From the UHGV virus genome UHGV-0342044: a DNA stretch of 19,882 bases. The stretch is one strand, 5' to 3'. The position numbers and the translations under genes are program-made. Below the pieces are notes generated by a model. That model saw only the letters and a list, made by a program, of their open reading frames with translations. It made no database searches and had not been told where the DNA came from. The first letter of the stretch is position 1. Each line of letters opens with the position of its first letter. This document shows positions 5,466 through 14,473 of the stretch, piece after piece. The stretch comes from a virus.

Positions 5466-7567
5466 TGCTGAATCAGGAAACCGCAAAGGCAGCACGAACC
5501 GATTCAGGTTATATCCTTCGCGCACCGAGACGAATGCTGGTTGCTGATGCCGTTGCTCAGTATATGCGGGTGCCCATGGGGGCCGGGAACTCAGTCCCGT
5601 GGGATCCGCTGGTGGCACCGTATGTTATTGAGCCGATGAACTGCCTGGCCTCGCGTGAATACGACGCAGTGATATTTGTTGGCCCGGCACGAACTGGCAA
5701 GACTATCGGCCTGATTGACGGCTGGGTGATTTACAACGTGATTTGCGATCCTGCGGATATGTTGATCATTCAGATGACGGAGGAAAAAGCCCGCGAACAC
5801 TCCAAAAAACGACTTGCCAGAACGTTTCGCGTCAGCCCGGAAGTGGTCAGTCGCCTGAGTCCGAACAAAAATGACAACAACGTTTATGACAGAACATTCC
5901 TTGCTGGCAACTACCTGAAAATCGGCTGGCCGTCAGTCAATATCATGTCCTCATCAGATTATAAATGCGTGGCGCTGACGGATTATGACCGTTTTCCGGA
6001 AGATATTGATGGCGAGGGGGATGCCTTCTCTCTTGCCTCAAAACGTACCACCACATTTATGTCCAGTGGTATGACGCTGGTGGAGAGTTCCCCCGGCAGG
6101 GATGTGAAGGATGTGAAATGGCGACGGACTTCACCGCATGAGGCTCCACCAACCACGGGGATACTGTCGCTCTATAACCGTGGCGATCGCCGTCGCTGGT
6201 ACTGGCCCTGTCCACACTGTGGTGAGTATTTTCAGCCCTGCGGCGATGTGGTTGCTGGTTTCCGTGATATTGCCGATCCCGTGCTGGCAAGTGAGGCGGC
6301 TTATATTCAGTGTCCTTCCTGTTCAGGACGGATTATGCCTGAACAAAAACGTGAGCTGAACGGACGTGGGGTCTGGTTGCGGGATGGTGAATCCATCAAT
6401 GCGGATGGCAGTCGTTATGGTGATCCCCGACGCTCACGTATTGCGTCATTCTGGATGGAGGGTCCGGCAGCTGCTTACCAGACACTCTCGCAACTCGTTT
6501 ACAAACTGCTTACTGCAGAACAGGAATACGAGACAACCGGAAGTGAAGAAACACTCAAGACGGTTATCAATACCGACTGGGGATTACCTTATCTTCCCCG
6601 TGCCAGCATGGAGCAACGAAAAAGTGAACTGCTTGAACAGCGGGCAGAGCCAGTTCCTTCCCGCAGTGTGCCGGATGGCGTTAATTTCCTGGTGGCGACA
6701 GTTGATGTGCAGGCGGGACGTCATCGCCGTTTTGTGGTTCAGGTAACGGGCTATGGCAGCCGTGGCGAACGCTGGATTATTGATCGTTACAACATCACGC
6801 AGTCATTGCGCGGTGACAGCGACGGGGAGAGCCAGCGAATTGATCCGGCCAGCTATCCGGAAGACTGGGATGTCCTGCTGACGGATGTTTTTCATAAAAG
6901 CTGGCCGCTGGCCTCCGATCCTTCTCAACAAATGCGACTGATGGCAATGGCGGTGGACTCCGGCGGTGAAGACGGGGTCACTGATAATGCCTATAAATTC
7001 TGGCGTCGTTGCCGTCGTGATGGCCTTGGTAAACGTATTTACCTGTTTAAGGGCGACAGCATCCGGCGCGCAAAACTGATCACCCGTACATTCCCTGATA
7101 ACACCGGACGAACGGGCCGACGGGCGCAGGCCGCAGGTGATGTGCCGCTCTGGCTTCTTCAGACGGATGCCCTGAAAGACCGGGTGAATAACGCGTTATG
7201 GCGTGACTCTCCAGGTCCCGGCTATGTGCATTTCCCTGACTGGCTGGGGAGCTGGTTTTACGACGAACTGACGTATGAAGAGCGGAGTAGTGACGGGAAA
7301 TGGAGTAAGCCGGGTCGCGGTGCCAACGAAGCTTTTGACCTGATGGTGTATGCCGAGGCTCTGGTCATTCTGCATGGATACGAAAAGATCCGCTGGCCGG
7401 ATGCACCGGAGTGGGCGAGCCGGGAAACCTGGCTGGAGTGTGTCCCGGACAGTACCGAACCGTCACCCTCACCGGAACCGGTATCCACGCCTGTTAAAAA
7501 ACAAAAACGGAAGAAAACAGTAACTGACGATGTTAACCCCTGGCTGACTTCCGGAGGATGGTTATGA
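5465..7567 (+). CDS. terminase large subunit (GpA family)
   Basis: 700-aa product with Walker A motif (VGPARTGKT) and the CPHCGE zinc-ribbon-like motif (WYWPCPHCGEYF) also present in lambda gpA. Translationally coupled to the small subunit. Confidence 0.9.
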   Translation: MLNQETAKAARTDSGYILRAPRRMLVADAVAQYMRVPMGAGNSVPWDPLVAPYVIEPMNCLASREYDAVIFVGPARTGKTIGLIDGWVIYNVICDPADMLIIQMTEEKAREHSKKRLARTFRVSPEVVSRLSPNKNDNNVYDRTFLAGNYLKIGWPSVNIMSSSDYKCVALTDYDRFPEDIDGEGDAFSLASKRTTTFMSSGMTLVESSPGRDVKDVKWRRTSPHEAPPTTGILSLYNRGDRRRWYWPCPHCGEYFQPCGDVVAGFRDIADPVLASEAAYIQCPSCSGRIMPEQKRELNGRGVWLRDGESINADGSRYGDPRRSRIASFWMEGPAAAYQTLSQLVYKLLTAEQEYETTGSEETLKTVINTDWGLPYLPRASMEQRKSELLEQRAEPVPSRSVPDGVNFLVATVDVQAGRHRRFVVQVTGYGSRGERWIIDRYNITQSLRGDSDGESQRIDPASYPEDWDVLLTDVFHKSWPLASDPSQQMRLMAMAVDSGGEDGVTDNAYKFWRRCRRDGLGKRIYLFKGDSIRRAKLITRTFPDNTGRTGRRAQAAGDVPLWLLQTDALKDRVNNALWRDSPGPGYVHFPDWLGSWFYDELTYEERSSDGKWSKPGRGANEAFDLMVYAEALVILHGYEKIRWPDAPEWASRETWLECVPDSTEPSPSPEPVSTPVKKQKRKKTVTDDVNPWLTSGGWL

Positions 7568-7776
7568 ACCAGAATGATATCGAAGCCATGATTCAGCGTT
7601 ATACGGAAGCTGAAATGGCGGTGCTGGACGGAAAATCCGTCACCTTTAATGGTCAGCAGATGACCATGGAAAACTTATCTGAGATCCGGCAGGGACGGCA
7701 GGAGTGGGAGCGCCGCCTTGCGGCTCTGATTACACGACGACGGGGGCATCCCGGGTACCGGCTGGCGAGGTTCTGA
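7564..7776 (+). CDS. head-tail joining protein (gpW-like)
   Basis: About 70-aa ORF between terminase and portal. ATG at 7564 overlaps the terminase stop (ATGA); GGAGG at 7553-7557. C-terminal RRRGHPGY resembles the lambda W C-terminus. Confidence 0.55.
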   Translation: MNQNDIEAMIQRYTEAEMAVLDGKSVTFNGQQMTMENLSEIRQGRQEWERRLAALITRRRGHPGYRLARF

Positions 7777-9284
7777 TGGCAATTCTTGATGATGTGATTG
7801 GCGTTTTTTCACCAGGATGGAAAGCGGCAAGGCTGCGTTCCCGTGCGGTGATCCAGGCTTATGAGGCCGTAAAAACGACGCGGACACATAAAGCCCGGCG
7901 GGAAAACCGAACTGCCGACCAGTTAAGCCAGTACGGGGCCGTGTCGTTACGTGAGCAGGCCCGTTACCTTGATAACAACCACGATCTGGTCATTGGTGTA
8001 TTTGACAAGCTGGAAGAACGGGTGGTGGGGAAAAACGGGATTATTGTCGAGCCACATCCGGTATTACGCAATGGGGCCATTGCCCGTGATCTGGCAGCGG
8101 AGATACGCACCCGATGGAGTGAATGGTCTGTCAGTCCGGAAGTCACCGGGCAGTTTACCCGTCCGATGCTGGAACGTCTGATGCTGCGTACCTGGCTGCG
8201 CGATGGTGAGGTGTTTGCCCAGATGGTTTCCGGGCGCATAAACAGCCTGACGCCTTCTGCCGGTGTTCATTTCTGGCTGGAGGCGCTCGAGCCGGACTTT
8301 ATTCCCATGACCAGTGATGAGAGCAACAGGCTGAATCAGGGCGTGTTTGTTGATGACTGGGGGCGTCCCGAAAAATATCTGGTGTATAAAAGCCGTCCCG
8401 TATCCGGGCGGCAGATGGAAACCAAAGAAGTGGATGCAGAGCGAATGCTGCATCTTAAATTTGTTCGCCGTCTGCACCAGATGCGCGGGACGTCTTTGTT
8501 GTCCGGTGTGCTGATCCGCCTCAGTGCCCTGAAAGAGTATGAAGATTCTGAGCTGACTGCAGCAAGGATCGCCGCTGCTCTGGGGATGTACATCCGCAAA
8601 GGCGACGGACAGAGCTATGAAACGGATGGTAATGACAGCAAGGAGAATGAACGCGAGCTTACCATTCAGCCAGGCATTATTTACGACGATCTGAAACCCG
8701 GCGAAGAAATCGGAATGGTGAAGTCGGATCGCCCCAATCCTAATCTTGAAACTTTTCGTAATGGTCAGTTGCGTGCCGTGGCGGCGGGTAGTCGTCTGAG
8801 TTTTTCCAGTACAGCGCGCAACTATAACGGCACTTACAGCGCCCAGCGTCAGGAGCTGGTTGAATCCACTGATGGCTACCTGATCCTGCAGGACTGGTTT
8901 ATTGGTGCCGTCACCCGCCCGATGTATCGTGCCTGGCTGAAACAGGCTGTGGCATCCGGTGTTATCAGGCTACCCCGCGATCTTGATCGTTCTTCACTGT
9001 ATACCGCGGTGTATTCCGGACCGGTGATGCCGTGGATTGACCCTGTTAAGGAGGCTGAGGCCTGGAAAATTCAGATTCGTGGTGGAGCGGCGACAGAATC
9101 AGACTGGGTACGTGCAGGTGGTCGTAATCCGGATGATGTCAAACGTCGGCGCAAGGCAGAAATTGATGAAAACCGCAAGCTGGATCTGGTATTTGATACC
9201 GATCCTGCCAGTGATAAAGGAGGCAGCAGTGCCGCAACGAAACGACAGGAGCCGCAGCACACCGACGACCAGTCCGAAGAATAA
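7776..9284 (+). CDS. portal protein
   Basis: About 500-aa ORF immediately after the W-like gene. ATG at 7776 overlaps the W stop (TGATG). Position and size are typical of a portal; the ORF track's upstream extension from 7704 overlaps W. Confidence 0.85.
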   Translation: MAILDDVIGVFSPGWKAARLRSRAVIQAYEAVKTTRTHKARRENRTADQLSQYGAVSLREQARYLDNNHDLVIGVFDKLEERVVGKNGIIVEPHPVLRNGAIARDLAAEIRTRWSEWSVSPEVTGQFTRPMLERLMLRTWLRDGEVFAQMVSGRINSLTPSAGVHFWLEALEPDFIPMTSDESNRLNQGVFVDDWGRPEKYLVYKSRPVSGRQMETKEVDAERMLHLKFVRRLHQMRGTSLLSGVLIRLSALKEYEDSELTAARIAAALGMYIRKGDGQSYETDGNDSKENERELTIQPGIIYDDLKPGEEIGMVKSDRPNPNLETFRNGQLRAVAAGSRLSFSSTARNYNGTYSAQRQELVESTDGYLILQDWFIGAVTRPMYRAWLKQAVASGVIRLPRDLDRSSLYTAVYSGPVMPWIDPVKEAEAWKIQIRGGAATESDWVRAGGRNPDDVKRRRKAEIDENRKLDLVFDTDPASDKGGSSAATKRQEPQHTDDQSEE

Positions 9285-9297
9285 TTCCTGGTTCAGG

Positions 9298-11256
9298 ATG
9301 CAGGCTGGTCACCAGAGTGACGCGGATATTTATATTTATGACGAGATTGGTTTCTGGGGTGTTACAGCGAAGCAGTTTATCAGTGATCTGAATGCACTGG
9401 GCGATATCACCCACATTAATCTCCATATCAATTCACCGGGTGGCGATGTCTTTGAAGGCATCGCCATTTTTAATGCGCTGAAAACACATGGTGCGTCCAT
9501 TACCGTTTATGTCGACGGTGTGGCGGCGTCAATGGCGTCGGTCATTGCGATGGTGGGAAACCCGGTCATTATGCCGGAAAACACCTTCATGATGATTCAT
9601 AAACCATTTGGCTTTACGGGCGGTGATGCGGAGGACATGCGCACCTATGCTGACCTGCTCGATAAGGTTGAGGCGGTTCTGTTACCCGCTTATGCACAGA
9701 AAACCGGGAAAACCACCGATGAAATTGCTGCCATGCTGGCGGATGAGACCTGGATGTCTGGTGCCGAATGTCTGGCACATGGATTTGCTGATCAGGTGAC
9801 GCCAGCCGTTAAGGCAATGGCATGTATTCAGTCAAAACGTACAGAGGAATTTAAAAAGATGCCGGAATCCATTCGAAACATGATTACTCCGCCACGCAAC
9901 AGTGCTCCACGCGTACAGGATGATGAACCAGCAGCCTCCCGGACGCCAGTGCAGGCAGCAGCACCCGTGGTGGATGAAAACAGTATCCGTGCGCAGGTAC
10001 TGGCAGAGCAAAAAGCGCGTGTAAACGGTATTAATGATCTGTTTGCCATGTTTGGCGGGCGTTATCAGACGCTGCAGGCTCAGTGTCTTGCCGATCCTGA
10101 ATGTTCGCTGGAGCAGGCCCGCGAAAAGCTGTTGAACGAGATGGGGCGCGAGTCCACGCCATCCAATAAAAATACCCCGGCTCATATTTATGCCGGTAAC
10201 GGTAATTTTGTGGGGGACGGGATCCGCCAGGCGCTGATGGCGCGTGCCGGATTTGAAAAAACCGAACGTGATAATGTCTACAACGGGATGACCCTGCGTG
10301 AATATGCCCGTATGTCACTGACTGAACGGGGTATTGGGGTTTCCAGTTATAACCCGATGCAGATGGTCGGTGCGGTGTTCACACACAGTACGTCTGACTT
10401 CGGTAATATTCTGCTGGATGTTGCGAACAAAGCCATTCTGCAGGGCTGGGAAGATGCTCCTGAAACCTATGAACAGTGGACGCGGAAAGGTCAGTTGTCT
10501 GATTTTAAAATTGCCCATCGTGTGGGTATGGGGGGCTTCAGTGCTCTGCGTCAGGTGCGTGAAGGGGCGGAATATAAATACGTCACCACCGGAGATAAAC
10601 AGGCCACTATTGCACTGGCGACCTATGGCGAGCTGTTCAGTATCACCCGTCAGGCCATTATCAATGATGATCTGAATATGCTGACCGATGTCCCGATGAA
10701 ACTGGGCCGTGCGGCGAAATCCACTATTGCCGATCTGGTTTATGCCATTCTGACGTCTAACCCGAAAATCTCCACAGATAATGTAAGTCTGTTCGATAAA
10801 GCGAAACATGCAAACGTACTGGAGAGCGCTGCAATGGACGTGGCATCGCTGGATAAAGCCCGCCAGTTGATGCGCGTTCAGAAAGAGGGGGAGCGTCATC
10901 TGAATATTCGTCCTGCGTTCGTACTGGTACCGACGGCGATGGAGTCTGTTGCTAACCAGGTCATTCGCTCCTCAAGTGTCAAGGGGGCTGACATTAACGC
11001 CGGTATTATTAACCCGGTGAAAGATTTTGCGACCGTTATTGCAGAGCCTCGTCTTGATGATAACAGCCAGACCACCTTCTACCTGGCTGCGTCAAAAGGC
11101 TCCGATACAATTGAAGTGGCTTATCTCAACGGTGTGGATACGCCATATATTGATCAGATGGAGGGCTTCAGTGTGGATGGCGTGACAACGAAAGTGCGTA
11201 TTGACGCCGGTGTCGCGCCAGTTGATCACCGCGGTCTGGTGAAATGTACGGCGTAA
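9298..11256 (+). CDS. fused prohead protease (ClpP/S49-like) - scaffold - major capsid protein
   Basis: N-terminal ClpP-like protease domain (IYIYDEIGFWG...INSPGGDVFEGIAIFNAL...ASMASVIAMVG), a central Ala/Gln-rich scaffold-like linker, and a C-terminal capsid-like domain. Start placed at the first ATG after the portal stop. The open frame extends back to 9037 inside the portal gene, so the start is uncertain. Confidence 0.75.
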   Translation: MQAGHQSDADIYIYDEIGFWGVTAKQFISDLNALGDITHINLHINSPGGDVFEGIAIFNALKTHGASITVYVDGVAASMASVIAMVGNPVIMPENTFMMIHKPFGFTGGDAEDMRTYADLLDKVEAVLLPAYAQKTGKTTDEIAAMLADETWMSGAECLAHGFADQVTPAVKAMACIQSKRTEEFKKMPESIRNMITPPRNSAPRVQDDEPAASRTPVQAAAPVVDENSIRAQVLAEQKARVNGINDLFAMFGGRYQTLQAQCLADPECSLEQAREKLLNEMGRESTPSNKNTPAHIYAGNGNFVGDGIRQALMARAGFEKTERDNVYNGMTLREYARMSLTERGIGVSSYNPMQMVGAVFTHSTSDFGNILLDVANKAILQGWEDAPETYEQWTRKGQLSDFKIAHRVGMGGFSALRQVREGAEYKYVTTGDKQATIALATYGELFSITRQAIINDDLNMLTDVPMKLGRAAKSTIADLVYAILTSNPKISTDNVSLFDKAKHANVLESAAMDVASLDKARQLMRVQKEGERHLNIRPAFVLVPTAMESVANQVIRSSSVKGADINAGIINPVKDFATVIAEPRLDDNSQTTFYLAASKGSDTIEVAYLNGVDTPYIDQMEGFSVDGVTTKVRIDAGVAPVDHRGLVKCTA

Positions 11257-11280
11257 ACGTCGCAGACAACAACTCTGATG

Positions 11281-11299
11281 GCCCGTAAGGGCTTTTTTT
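11281..11299 (+). terminator. putative rho-independent terminator after the capsid gene
   Basis: GCCC-GTAA-GGGC hairpin (11281-11292) followed by TTTTTTT (11293-11299), 25 nt downstream of the capsid gene stop. Confidence 0.5.
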
Positions 11300-11342
11300 G
11301 TACCTGAAATCAGCCCCTGAACGGGGCTGTGCGGAGACAGTT

Positions 11343-11666
11343 ATGGCAAAGAATTTTGTAGAAGAAGGAAAAACGGTGGCGATTGTTGCCAGTGCAGCCA
11401 TCAGCAGCGGAGATCTGGTGCAGGTGGGTGATGTTTTTGCGGTGGCGCTGACCGATATTCCACAGGGTGAAACAGGCGACGGCATGACCGAAGGTGTGTT
11501 TATGCTGCCTAAGCTGAAAACGGATGACATGAAAACGGGTAAGAAGGTTTATCTGAAGTCCGGAAAAGTTCAGCTGACTAACAGCGGCTCTGATCCGCTG
11601 GTCGGGGTTGTCTGGGCAGATGCCGGAACCAGTGCAGAAGAAGTGCCGGTAAAACTCAATGTCTGA
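11343..11666 (+). CDS. head decoration/accessory protein (DUF2190-like)
   Basis: ATG at 11343 preceded by GGAGACAG. About 107-aa Gly/Val-rich product (MAKNFVEEGKTVAIVAS...) in the position that decoration proteins occupy after the major capsid gene. Family assignment is from memory. Confidence 0.5.
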   Translation: MAKNFVEEGKTVAIVASAAISSGDLVQVGDVFAVALTDIPQGETGDGMTEGVFMLPKLKTDDMKTGKKVYLKSGKVQLTNSGSDPLVGVVWADAGTSAEEVPVKLNV

Positions 11667-11934
11667 TCCCTTTTCCCGGCTGGCAGCGCGTATGGATGCG
11701 ATCACGGTCAGAAAGATGGGAAAGACAGCCTCGATTAATGATGTCGATATGACTGTGATCCCGGGAGAAACACTGGCAGAGCTGAATGCTCTGTCCGGAC
11801 CTGCGGTCTCTCTGGTGGTGTTTTCTTCGGGATACCGCCCACGGCGCGGGGATTGCGTTGTTTATGACGGACAACAATGGACGGTCACACGGCATGAACG
11901 CTTTAACGGTAAGCCAATGATCTTTATTGAGTAA
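11659..11934 (+). CDS. head-tail adaptor/joining protein (FII-like)
   Basis: 91-aa ORF between head and tail genes; C-terminal RRGDCVVYDGQQWTV resembles the lambda FII C-terminal region from memory. Confidence 0.5.
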   Translation: MSDPFSRLAARMDAITVRKMGKTASINDVDMTVIPGETLAELNALSGPAVSLVVFSSGYRPRRGDCVVYDGQQWTVTRHERFNGKPMIFIE

Positions 11935-11945
11935 AGAGGTATGGG

Positions 11946-12536
11946 ATGAAGGGGCTTGAGAATGCCATCCGCAATCTGAACAGCCTTGATACCCGTATGG
12001 TGCCACAGGCCAGCGCATGGGCGATAAACCGTGTGGCACAGAAAGCGGTCTCGGTTGCCACCCGGCAGGTTGCCGGGAATACCGTTGCGGGAGATAACCA
12101 GGTGAAAGGGATCCCCCTGAAACTGGTACGTCAGCGTGTCCGGGTGTTTAAAGCCAGTCCGTCAGGAAAAATGACGGCCAGGATCCGCGTTAACCGGGGC
12201 AATCTGCCCGCCATCAAACTGAACACAACACGGCGGCGTGCTGGTGAAGGACTGAGAGTGGGAAAATACTTTTTCCGGGGGGCATTTGTTCAGCAACTGG
12301 CGAATGGCCGCTGGCATGTTCTGAGGCGTCTTCCTGAAGCGCGTTTTGCAACAGGGCATGACCATCAGGGCAGGCCAAGAAAAAATCGTCTTCCTGTGGA
12401 GGTAGTGAAAATCCCGCTGTCCGGACCGCTGACACAGGCATTTGAAGATGCCCGCGACCGCATCATTGCTGCGGAAATGCCGAAACAGCTGGGGTATGCA
12501 CTGAAACAACAACTGAGGTTATGGCTGACCCGATGA
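11946..12536 (+). CDS. Z: tail completion protein Z
   Basis: 196-aa product MKGLENAIRNL...AFVQQLANGRWHVLRRL...VVKIPLSGPLTQAF...LGYALKQQLRLWLTR matches the lambda gpZ pattern from memory. It is located just before U. Confidence 0.8.
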   Translation: MKGLENAIRNLNSLDTRMVPQASAWAINRVAQKAVSVATRQVAGNTVAGDNQVKGIPLKLVRQRVRVFKASPSGKMTARIRVNRGNLPAIKLNTTRRRAGEGLRVGKYFFRGAFVQQLANGRWHVLRRLPEARFATGHDHQGRPRKNRLPVEVVKIPLSGPLTQAFEDARDRIIAAEMPKQLGYALKQQLRLWLTR

Positions 12537-12934
12537 ACCGACATACACAAATCCGCCAGGCCGTACTGGCACGCCTTCGGGAACAGTGTGGAGACAGCGC
12601 CACGTTTTTTGACGGGCTTCCGGCATTTATTGATGCGCAGGAACTGCCTGCCGTGGCGGTGTGGCTGAGTGATGCTCAGTACACCGGAAAAATGACGGAT
12701 GAAGATGACTGGCAGGCTGTTCTGCATATTGCCGTCTTCATCCGGGCACAGGCACCGGATTCAGAGCTGGATATGTGGATGGAGAGCACCATTTTCCCTG
12801 CCCTGAATGATATACCGGCACTTTCCGGACTCATCGACACCCTGATCCCACTCGGTTTTAACTATCAACGTGATAATGAGATGGCCACCTGGGCGATGGC
12901 GGAAATCACGTACCAGATCACGTACACGAATTAA
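12533..12934 (+). CDS. U: tail terminator protein U
   Basis: ATG at 12533 overlaps the Z stop (ATGA). Product contains ATFFDG, FPAVAVWL, AQYTG, PDSELDMWMES and DIPALS, closely matching lambda gpU from memory. Confidence 0.85.
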   Translation: MNRHTQIRQAVLARLREQCGDSATFFDGLPAFIDAQELPAVAVWLSDAQYTGKMTDEDDWQAVLHIAVFIRAQAPDSELDMWMESTIFPALNDIPALSGLIDTLIPLGFNYQRDNEMATWAMAEITYQITYTN

Positions 12935-12944
12935 GGAGGTGGTA

Positions 12945-13688
12945 ATGACCACACCAAATCCACTGGCAAAGACGAAAGGTGCGGGGACGACGTTCTGGAT
13001 GTATACCGGCAACGGCGACGCATTTGCGAACCCTTTGTCGGACACTGACTGGCTGCGTCTTGCGATGGTGAAGGATCTGCAACCTGGCGAAATGACCGCT
13101 GATGCAGAAGATGATACTTATCTCGATGATGAAGATGCAGACTGGAAAACGACAACCCAGGGGCAGAAATCCGTTGGTGATACTTCGGCGACGCTGGCCT
13201 GGCGTCCAGGTGACAGCGGGCAGAAAAAACTGGTTCAGTTGTTCGACTCCGGTGAAGTCTGCGCGTTTCGTATCAAATATCCCAACGGTACTGTTGATGT
13301 TTTCCGTGGCTGGCTGAGTTCACTGGGTAAAACCATTGCCTCAAAAGACGTGATGACCCGCACTGTGAAAATCAGCGGTGTGGGGCGTCCGTATCTGGCA
13401 GAGGAAGGCACTGAAACAGTGAGCGTTACCGGGCTGACGGTGGCACCGGCATCTGCCAGTGTAAAAGTGGGAGCAACCACCACGCTGACCTTTACAGTAA
13501 AACCTGACGGAGCCAGTGACAAAGCGATCAGTGTGCATTCGTCAGATCCACAGACTGCCACGGTGACCCTGAACGGGCTTGTAGCCACGGTGAAAGGCGT
13601 GAAGCAGGGCAGTGTCAGCATTGTGGGCATGACCGCTGACGGGAATTTTGTGGCTGTGGCTGCGGTGACTGTCAGCGCCGCAGGTTAA
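12945..13688 (+). CDS. V: major tail protein V (with C-terminal Ig-like domain)
   Basis: AAGGAGG at 12933-12939 and ATG at 12945. Product MTTPNPLAKTKGAGTTFWMYTGNGDAFANPLSDTDW...YLDDEDADW...NGTVDVFRGW is lambda gpV-like. The ORF track's longer version from 12870 overlaps U. Confidence 0.9.
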   Translation: MTTPNPLAKTKGAGTTFWMYTGNGDAFANPLSDTDWLRLAMVKDLQPGEMTADAEDDTYLDDEDADWKTTTQGQKSVGDTSATLAWRPGDSGQKKLVQLFDSGEVCAFRIKYPNGTVDVFRGWLSSLGKTIASKDVMTRTVKISGVGRPYLAEEGTETVSVTGLTVAPASASVKVGATTTLTFTVKPDGASDKAISVHSSDPQTATVTLNGLVATVKGVKQGSVSIVGMTADGNFVAVAAVTVSAAG

Positions 13689-13708
13689 CAGGACGATACT
13701 CATCATTT

Positions 13709-13732
13709 GCCCCGGTTATCCGGGGCTTTTTT
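13709..13732 (+). terminator. rho-independent terminator/attenuator between V and G
   Basis: GCCCCGG (13709-13715) / CCGGGGC (13720-13726) stem with loop TTAT, followed by TTTTTT (13727-13732). Confidence 0.6.
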
Positions 13733-13745
13733 GCAGGTGGAGAAC

Positions 13746-14135
13746 ATGATGTTTCTGAAACAGGGCACGTTTAATTATGAAAAACAGTCCGTGGTGCTCA
13801 GTGAGCTGTCCGGGCTGCAGAGAATTGAATATCTGGCGTTTGTTCAGCAGCGAACGGCAAAGTTTGATGCCGGTGAGGGAGAACTGCCGGAGGCTGAACG
13901 ACAGATTGCTTTTCTGCGGATGGGGATGGATATCAATGCCTGGCTGGTTTCCCGCTCACTGTGGAATGCGGATCAGTCTAAGGATGTAGAGACGCTTTGC
14001 GCATCCGTTATTACAACATGGTCGTATGATGCCCTGGGTGCGGGGGCGGAGATGGTTCTGTCGCTGAGCGGTATGGGGGCCATTGATAATGCCGGGGATG
14101 ATGAGCATGAGGCGCTGACGCCGGAAAAGTCCTGA
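13746..14135 (+). CDS. G: tail assembly chaperone G
   Basis: GGTGGAGAA Shine-Dalgarno then ATGATG at 13746/13749. Product MMFLKQGTF...LSELSGLQRIEYLAF resembles the lambda gpG N-terminus (MFLK...LSELSALQRIEHLA). Ends at TGA 14133-14135. Confidence 0.8.
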   Translation: MMFLKQGTFNYEKQSVVLSELSGLQRIEYLAFVQQRTAKFDAGEGELPEAERQIAFLRMGMDINAWLVSRSLWNADQSKDVETLCASVITTWSYDALGAGAEMVLSLSGMGAIDNAGDDEHEALTPEKS

Positions 14136-14473
14136 CGCGGGAAATGCAGTTTGTCATGCGGCTTGCCCGGGAGTTCCGGCGGGCAGACTGGCGGCGGATG
14201 CTGTCGGAAATGTCGGCCACTGAGCTTGGTGAGTGGGGCGATTATTTCCGGATGCAGAGCTTCAGTGATGTGTGGATGGATGCGCAGTTTGCCTCGCTGA
14301 AGGCATTGATCGTGAGAATGGTGTCCGGCAGCAGTGATGCTGCGGTGGCTGATTTCAGCCTTTTACCGGAAGAGAACGGGATACCGGAGCGAACGGACGA
14401 AGAACTGATGCATCTTGGGGAAGGTATTTCCGGAGGTGTGCGTTATGGACCAGATAGCCAACCTGGTCATTGA
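13746..14473 (+). CDS. GT: tail assembly chaperone G-T, predicted product of programmed -1 ribosomal frameshift
   Basis: The -1 frame is open from 14111 through 14473 and overlaps the 3' end of G. Candidate slip site is GGAAAAG at 14123-14129, where lambda has GGGAAAG. The T-frame product (…RRMLSEMSATELGEW…) resembles lambda T. The exact junction was not determined. Confidence 0.6.

Noticed and set aside
9037-9297. 5' extension of the protease-capsid ORF overlapping the portal gene
   Set aside because: Kept only as start-site uncertainty. The extension's translation is Arg-rich and unstructured, and annotating it as coding would imply a 250-nt out-of-frame overlap.
10315-10899. 194-aa minus-strand ORF inside the capsid gene, and similar antisense ORFs (for example 15294-15848, 16371-16856, 17891-18544, 8064-8477)
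   Set aside because: Each lies fully antisense within a + strand gene that has strong homology-based support and gene-to-gene translational coupling. They have no ribosome-binding site context and are most likely frame artefacts of a GC-rich coding region.
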